IMG/VR virus record: IMGVR_UViG_3300017788_000032
Location: 1 to 54,252 of that record
Origin: a virus
Lineage: Duplodnaviria > Caudoviricetes
Reading direction: 5' to 3' (one strand)
DNA: 54,252 nucleotides
The notes below the pieces were generated by a model, which was not told where the DNA came from, ran no database searches, and worked only from the letters and a program-made list of their open reading frames with translations. Below, piece after piece: positions 50,019 through 54,252 of the stretch. Every line of letters begins with the position of its first letter. Positions within the stretch are counted from its first letter, which is position 1. A program made the translations under genes and the position numbers.

Positions 50019-50212
50019 TTATTACGAGACAATTCTTTTTTTACCCTTCTTAATGCACTAGGCTTGTAATAACATCTCTTTAGACGCAATTCATCTATTA
50101 CTCCGGATTTTAAAAATTCTCTGCTAAACTTATTATATGCTCTATCAAAATAAGCTTTATCTGTACTTTTCTTTTTGTCCAACTTTACATATGCATTAAC
50201 TACTTTACTCAT
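50000..50212 (-). CDS. rpsU: Ribosomal protein bS21 homologue
   Basis: FDRAYNKFSREFLKSGVIDELRLKRCYYKPSALRRVKK follows the bS21 pattern; 70 aa, basic. Confidence 0.8.
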   Translation of the reverse strand: MSKVVNAYVKLDKKKSTDKAYFDRAYNKFSREFLKSGVIDELRLKRCYYKPSALRRVKKELSRNKWKYYN

Positions 50213-50505
50213 AAAAATAAACTCTTTTTGCTGCTGTTTAAAAACTTCATCACGTATTTACTTTTATACAAGCATGAATCGAATTGCAAGAAAAATTTAA
50301 TAGCGATAAAGTCATTTTTTAAATCACAATATTCTTTAAATAGCTCCCTTAAGGTTTTGTTCTTTAATAATTGTATAAACACATTCGCTAAGTTCAACTT
50401 TTTAGTATTTGTCAGTGTTACAAAAGTACAAAAAGATAGGAACAGGTGGGTTTGCTCGTATTCGGTTAGCTGTTCTAGCGGATCGTACCCTTTCACAGTC
50501 AACAA
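50209..50505 (-). CDS. Hypothetical protein
   Basis: About 98-aa ORF with a 4-nt overlap with bS21; start uncertain. Confidence 0.6.
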   Translation of the reverse strand: MLTVKGYDPLEQLTEYEQTHLFLSFCTFVTLTNTKKLNLANVFIQLLKNKTLRELFKEYCDLKNDFIAIKFFLQFDSCLYKSKYVMKFLNSSKKSLFL

Positions 50506-50530
50506 CTAATTATTGACTGTTTTTGCAAAA

Positions 50531-51857
50531 TCAATTGTCTATAGCGAGTTTGGATAGGGTATTTATAGAAGAGGTACTAGCTTCAGTGTCATTTATATGT
50601 TCATCCTCGGTTATTGTCAACGTAGAATAGTCTATTCTCATAGCGCAATGTCCAAAATTTGGACCGAACCGGTTCTTCATAAAGCCCATTTTAATAACCC
50701 CTAATTCTTTATCTGTGTCTTCTTGCCAAATACTCAAAATAACGTCGCCTGTCATGGCCAACCCTATACTTTCTGATATTGTCTTTAAGCCAGGATCTGT
50801 CGTCTCATATCCTTCTCTATTAAGCTGTGTGGCTGATATAATAGGACAATTAAATGTATATGATAAGGCTCGTAACTGCTCAGTGCATATTTTGATTCTC
50901 TCATAACTACTATCACCCATAGGGGCTCTTAATAAGTTGACATAATCGAGAACTACTGCATCAATTGTTATTCCCTTTTGAATTAGTTTTTTAACAAATG
51001 CTCTTAAATGGTTGGCTGTAATTGTTGCAGGTGGAAACTCTTTAATAATAATTTTAGAGTTTGGCTTCTCTACACAATACTCAGATATCTGACTTTTAAG
51101 AGTTTCAGATTCTATCTTAAGCTGGCTTAAAGGTATCTTAGAGACACTGGAGCATAGTCTTTTTGCATATATAAGTTCAGGCATTTCAAGAGAAACAAGT
51201 AAAACAGTTTTACCTTGATTAGCAATATTAACTGCAACGTTACCAAGAAATATACTCTTACCAATATTTGTTTCCCCGGCAAACATGTAAAGGGCTCTCC
51301 CTTCTTCAAGGAATCCCCCACCAATCTTATCATCTAGCCATTTCCATCCCGAGGGAATATATTTTTCTGAAGAGTTTAAATCATTTATAACTTTATCAAT
51401 ATCTACAAACAAGTCTAATCCAATTTCTGTAGTAAGCGAAAGACTACAAGCTTTTTCAAATTTTTCTAAAATACGAGAAGTGTCGACTTCATTTTTATTG
51501 ATATCATCTACTACTTCCATCATTGTATGGTAGACAGATTTTTCTTTTAAAAATGTTTCTGTATTAGCTGAAAGTTCATCAACATTTATATTTTTATCAA
51601 TATTATTAAAAAGCGTGACAACATTTTTTAATGAAAGCTTTAACTCATCGGTTGTAAGATAAGCTTTAATTTCAGTAATTGTGGGTTTGGTATTTCTCTT
51701 TTCGTAAAAGTCTAATAATGGTAAAAATAGCTTTAATATCTTTGTTCTTGAAATACAAAGGCTTTATATAATCAATAATTGAAGCTAGATACGTCTCATC
51801 GGTAAGCGATTTGTACGCAATAATAGTCTCAAAATAATCTAGATCTAATTTAGCCAT
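50531..51857 (-). CDS. gp41: Replicative helicase, T4 gp41/DnaB-like, split by an apparent frameshift near 51712
   Basis: GETNIGKS, SLEM, IKEFP, LDYVNL, SATQLNR, ISESIG, KNRFG. N-terminal ORF 51672-51857 joins an open frame DFYEKRNTKPT... leading into ORF 50531-51523. Confidence 0.92.
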
Positions 51858-51863
51858 TAACTA

Positions 51864-51891
51864 ATAATATATTATTATTCCAACTAATCAA
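51864..51891 (-). promoter_or_regulatory. sigma70-like promoter of helicase
   Basis: TTGATT-16-TATTAT-6-ATG. Confidence 0.65.
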
Positions 51892-52571
51892 GAACCGTTA
51901 TACTCTTTTAAAAACGTCTCTTGACTCTTAGTAAAGCGTTTATCGCTTGGATTTAAAAGGCCGGGTGAACTGTGTAATACCCAGATTGGTGCAACCCCGA
52001 GTTTTAATTTCTTTCTATTTGCATCTATAGAGCTGGCGATGTCGTAATGATGAAAATCATAGTTTTCATTAAATCTCCATCCTGAGCTTATAGCTGCTTT
52101 AGTGCTTACGCTTAAAAACAACCCATCTAAAATTGTTACCCGGCTTGGTGTAGGACCGAAGGAAGTAACCATAATTTCATTCTTAGAACAAGGATGTGCT
52201 ACCGCTCCTCTTAAGTTGGTACTTTCAAATCCACCACACATTAAATGCCAAAGAGCAGGCTTCTTAATGCTAGGGTTAAGTCCCCCTGCAAGTCCAACAA
52301 TATCAAATAGCTTATGAGCTCTCTCTAGCTTTTCCAATATATTAAAATCGTCTACGTATACATCATCATGTAAAAAAACAATATAATCGTAATCGTTTTT
52401 ATATTTCTCTAGAATTACGTTATAATTTTTACTTAAACCAGTAGTATTATTAGTATTATAAAAAATATCAAACGACCCGTTATAACGGTTGTGAATCTTT
52501 TCTAAGGATTTTTGTGAATAACAATCATCGACGGAAGGAGCTCGTGTAGCAAAATAAAAAGCTGTTTTCAT
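51888..52571 (-). CDS. GT2-like glycosyltransferase (Glyco_tranf_2_5/StrF-like)
   Basis: GLSKNYN, YIVFLHDDV, IVGLAG, ILDGLFL, FHHYD. Confidence 0.75.
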   Translation of the reverse strand: MKTAFYFATRAPSVDDCYSQKSLEKIHNRYNGSFDIFYNTNNTTGLSKNYNVILEKYKNDYDYIVFLHDDVYVDDFNILEKLERAHKLFDIVGLAGGLNPSIKKPALWHLMCGGFESTNLRGAVAHPCSKNEIMVTSFGPTPSRVTILDGLFLSVSTKAAISSGWRFNENYDFHHYDIASSIDANRKKLKLGVAPIWVLHSSPGLLNPSDKRFTKSQETFLKEYNGS

Positions 52572-53251
52572 AAGTTAAAAAAAGGAGAATTACTAGAAAA
52601 TTTACCGACGGATGTAATGCCTTCTTTTGTTAATAGATATAGCAGACCTTGCTCTAATTCAACAAAGTCTTTTTCTTTTAAAGAAGAAAAGTCGTTGGTA
52701 AGAAAATTAGCATAGACTGTACTTCCTGAGCGAGCCAAGTATATGTTACTAGACTTTTGATTATAAATCCAAATTCCGAACGTCCCTTTAAGCTGTGATA
52801 ATGCATTGCAAATAGCTGCGACCTCGTTAGTTGTTTTTCTGAAATAAAGCTCTATCAATGGAGCAATAACTGATGAATCTACTACATTATAAGACTTCTT
52901 ATCTGGTAATATCTTCTTTATTTCTTTATCATTAGTAAGAACTCCGTTGTGTGAAATAACCCAATCTTTCCATTGAAAAGGATGAGACGTAGAGGGTGAA
53001 AATGCTCTTTGTGCTGAAGTAGGTGCTTGAGTATGACCGAGAAATATATCAAAATCTGTAATTTTTTTTCGTCTTTTACCATATTCAATGACAAGACGGT
53101 TACTGAGTTGAACCACCCCAGGTGTCTTCAAAACAGCATGAATTTGCGATCCGATTAATAGACCGCCATAAGAAAATGTGCCTCTTTTCTTATTATTATT
53201 ATAGAGTTTTACGTAAGTTCTAAACTCTTTAGATCCAAATATGCCGCAAAT
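52568..53251 (-). CDS. Class II (Ntn) glutamine amidotransferase domain protein with an ATT start
   Basis: The frame extends 40 codons upstream of the ORF-track start, to ATT-TGC-GGC-ATA-TTT-GGA (MCGIFG). Also LGHTQAPT, HPF, HNGVL and VDS motifs. Confidence 0.85.
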   Translation of the reverse strand: MCGIFGSKEFRTYVKLYNNNKKRGTFSYGGLLIGSQIHAVLKTPGVVQLSNRLVIEYGKRRKKITDFDIFLGHTQAPTSAQRAFSPSTSHPFQWKDWVISHNGVLTNDKEIKKILPDKKSYNVVDSSVIAPLIELYFRKTTNEVAAICNALSQLKGTFGIWIYNQKSSNIYLARSGSTVYANFLTNDFSSLKEKDFVELEQGLLYLLTKEGITSVGKFSSNSPFFNL

Positions 53252-53258
53252 ATTAATT

Positions 53259-53298
53259 ACCTCCTAATTTATTATATGATAAAGAATAAATAATTCAA
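53259..53298 (-). promoter_or_regulatory. sigma70-like promoter plus Shine-Dalgarno, overlapping a divergent late promoter
   Basis: TTGAAT-16-TATAAT-5-AGGAGGT-7-ATT on minus; TAAATA 53287-53292, then 7 nt to ATG 53300 on plus. Confidence 0.75.
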
Positions 53299-53299
53299 G

Positions 53300-54189
53300 A
53301 TGAACAAAGACTCAAAGTTTATTTTTGAAGCTTATTTAGCTAAAAAACAAATAGTCTCAGAAGCACCTATATATGCTGACGACTTAAAATATACCGGGGA
53401 CATTGAAAAAGCTCCTGGCAAAGGCTATGGTATCGGTAAGGTTGCTGCAAAAGAAGGTAAAACTAAGGCAGAAGTGGCTAATAGAGTTTTAGACGCAATA
53501 AAAACAAAGCTGTTTAAACCCGCTGCTCACACCATAGATGGTAATGAATATCAGCTCTATTATCCCGGTAGTAAGATGAAGTTTAGAACAGATTTGGAAA
53601 ATCTTATTAAGAATGAATTAAAGCTTGGCGGTACAGAAGCAAAATATACTGCAAGAATTGTGGATAATCTACTAAATGTATTGAGGGTAGATGTTGAGGG
53701 CGGTACAGCTGCAAATCCTGCTCAAGTTAAACAAGCGGTCGTTTCTGGTGTTGAAGGCAAATCTGTTGCAAAAGGCCCTCAAAGCGCGCCCTCGGCTCCT
53801 GTAGCTAATAATTTTGTAAAAAATGATGTTAGATTTATAAAAGAATGGATGCCTATTTTTAGTGAACTTCCAGATGAAATCTCTGTTGCAAAGGGAGACA
53901 TTTATGATTCACCAGAACTTAGAAAAGAAGTAGAAGAAGCAATTACCCGTGCTTATGATGTAAAAATGGCAAGCGACAAAGAGCTTGTACAAGATTTTAT
54001 CGACTCATTAAAATACAAGGGTAGTTATTCGCCTGCGGCAGAAAAAGCCGCAGAAGGTGAAGGTACAGGTGAAGCGCCCACGGTTATGAATATCCTGAAG
54101 ACGACGACGTAACTGGTACACTCAGAGATATGGGTGCAATTGGTGGTCGCCGTGGCTTTGATCCGGGTGGATTTAGCTATGGAGACTAA
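53300..54189 (+). CDS. Hypothetical late protein, probable frameshift near 54085
   Basis: The ORF track ends at 54112. An adjacent frame EYPEDDDVTG...FSYGD* ends at 54189, 2 nt before the next ATG. N-terminus MNKDSKFIFEAY. Confidence 0.7.
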
Positions 54190-54191
54190 AA

Positions 54192-54252
54192 ATGGCAGAT
54201 GTAACTATTTCTCAGCTTTCTGTAGCTAATACACAGCCTAATAATCTTTTAC
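54192..54252 (+). CDS. Start of a fibre/decoration-type gene (truncated)
   Basis: MADVTISQLSVANTQPNNLL shares its N-terminal motif with the genes starting at 37128 and 41390. Confidence 0.65.
   Translation, partial: MADVTISQLSVANTQPNNLL

Noticed and set aside
51672-51857. Programmed frameshift or pseudogenisation of the helicase
   Set aside because: The break is explained by loss of one AG from AGAGAC. The gene is essential, and similar indels at about 36165 and 54085 point to assembly errors. Read data would settle it.
1333-52317. Numerous short overlapping ORFs in the track (e.g. 1688-2065, 22337-22663, 26944-27261, 29478-29804, 50228-50509)
   Set aside because: They lie antisense to or within well-supported genes and lack promoter motifs or recognisable domains.
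54080-54189. Apparent intergenic GC-richer segment that could be an ncRNA
   Set aside because: It reads as a coding continuation in an adjacent frame ending 2 nt before the next ATG, so a one-base deletion is the simpler explanation.
1-54252. tRNA, rRNA, reverse transcriptase/DGR, integrase or transposase
   Set aside because: None recognisable by eye, and intergenic gaps are mostly too short to hold RNA genes. A tRNAscan/Infernal run would confirm.

Overview
AT-rich, densely coding segment of a large T4-like (myovirus-type) bacteriophage genome. Most genes lie on the minus strand. From left to right the window contains: (i) a seven-gene glycan-building cluster (GT60-like transferase, three further GT-like proteins, a SAM methyltransferase, a NodU/CmcH carbamoyltransferase and an HtrL/YibB-GT fusion) between two genes for mucin-like Thr-Pro repeat proteins; (ii) baseplate and tail genes (gp6-, gp25-, gp27-, gp53-, gp26-, gp54-, gp19-, gp18- and gp3-like, a tape-measure candidate and an M15 peptidase protein), interleaved with clamp loader and dUTPase; (iii) a terminase large subunit carrying a class 3 mini-intein, a gp14-like neck gene and several small late genes; (iv) replication genes (primase, sliding clamp, gp32 SSB, gp41 helicase) with a phage bS21 ribosomal protein, an NRS/ER-type rhamnose epimerase-reductase, a GT2-like protein and a class II glutamine amidotransferase. 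Main observations: a candidate phage-encoded mucin-type O-glycosylation system; promoter motifs of two classes placed 5-7 nt before start codons, implying largely leaderless mRNAs; and one exception with a perfect Shine-Dalgarno and an AUU start. Three frameshifts and one in-frame TAG are present and may be sequencing errors. All protein family calls come from motif recognition by eye, not from database searches.
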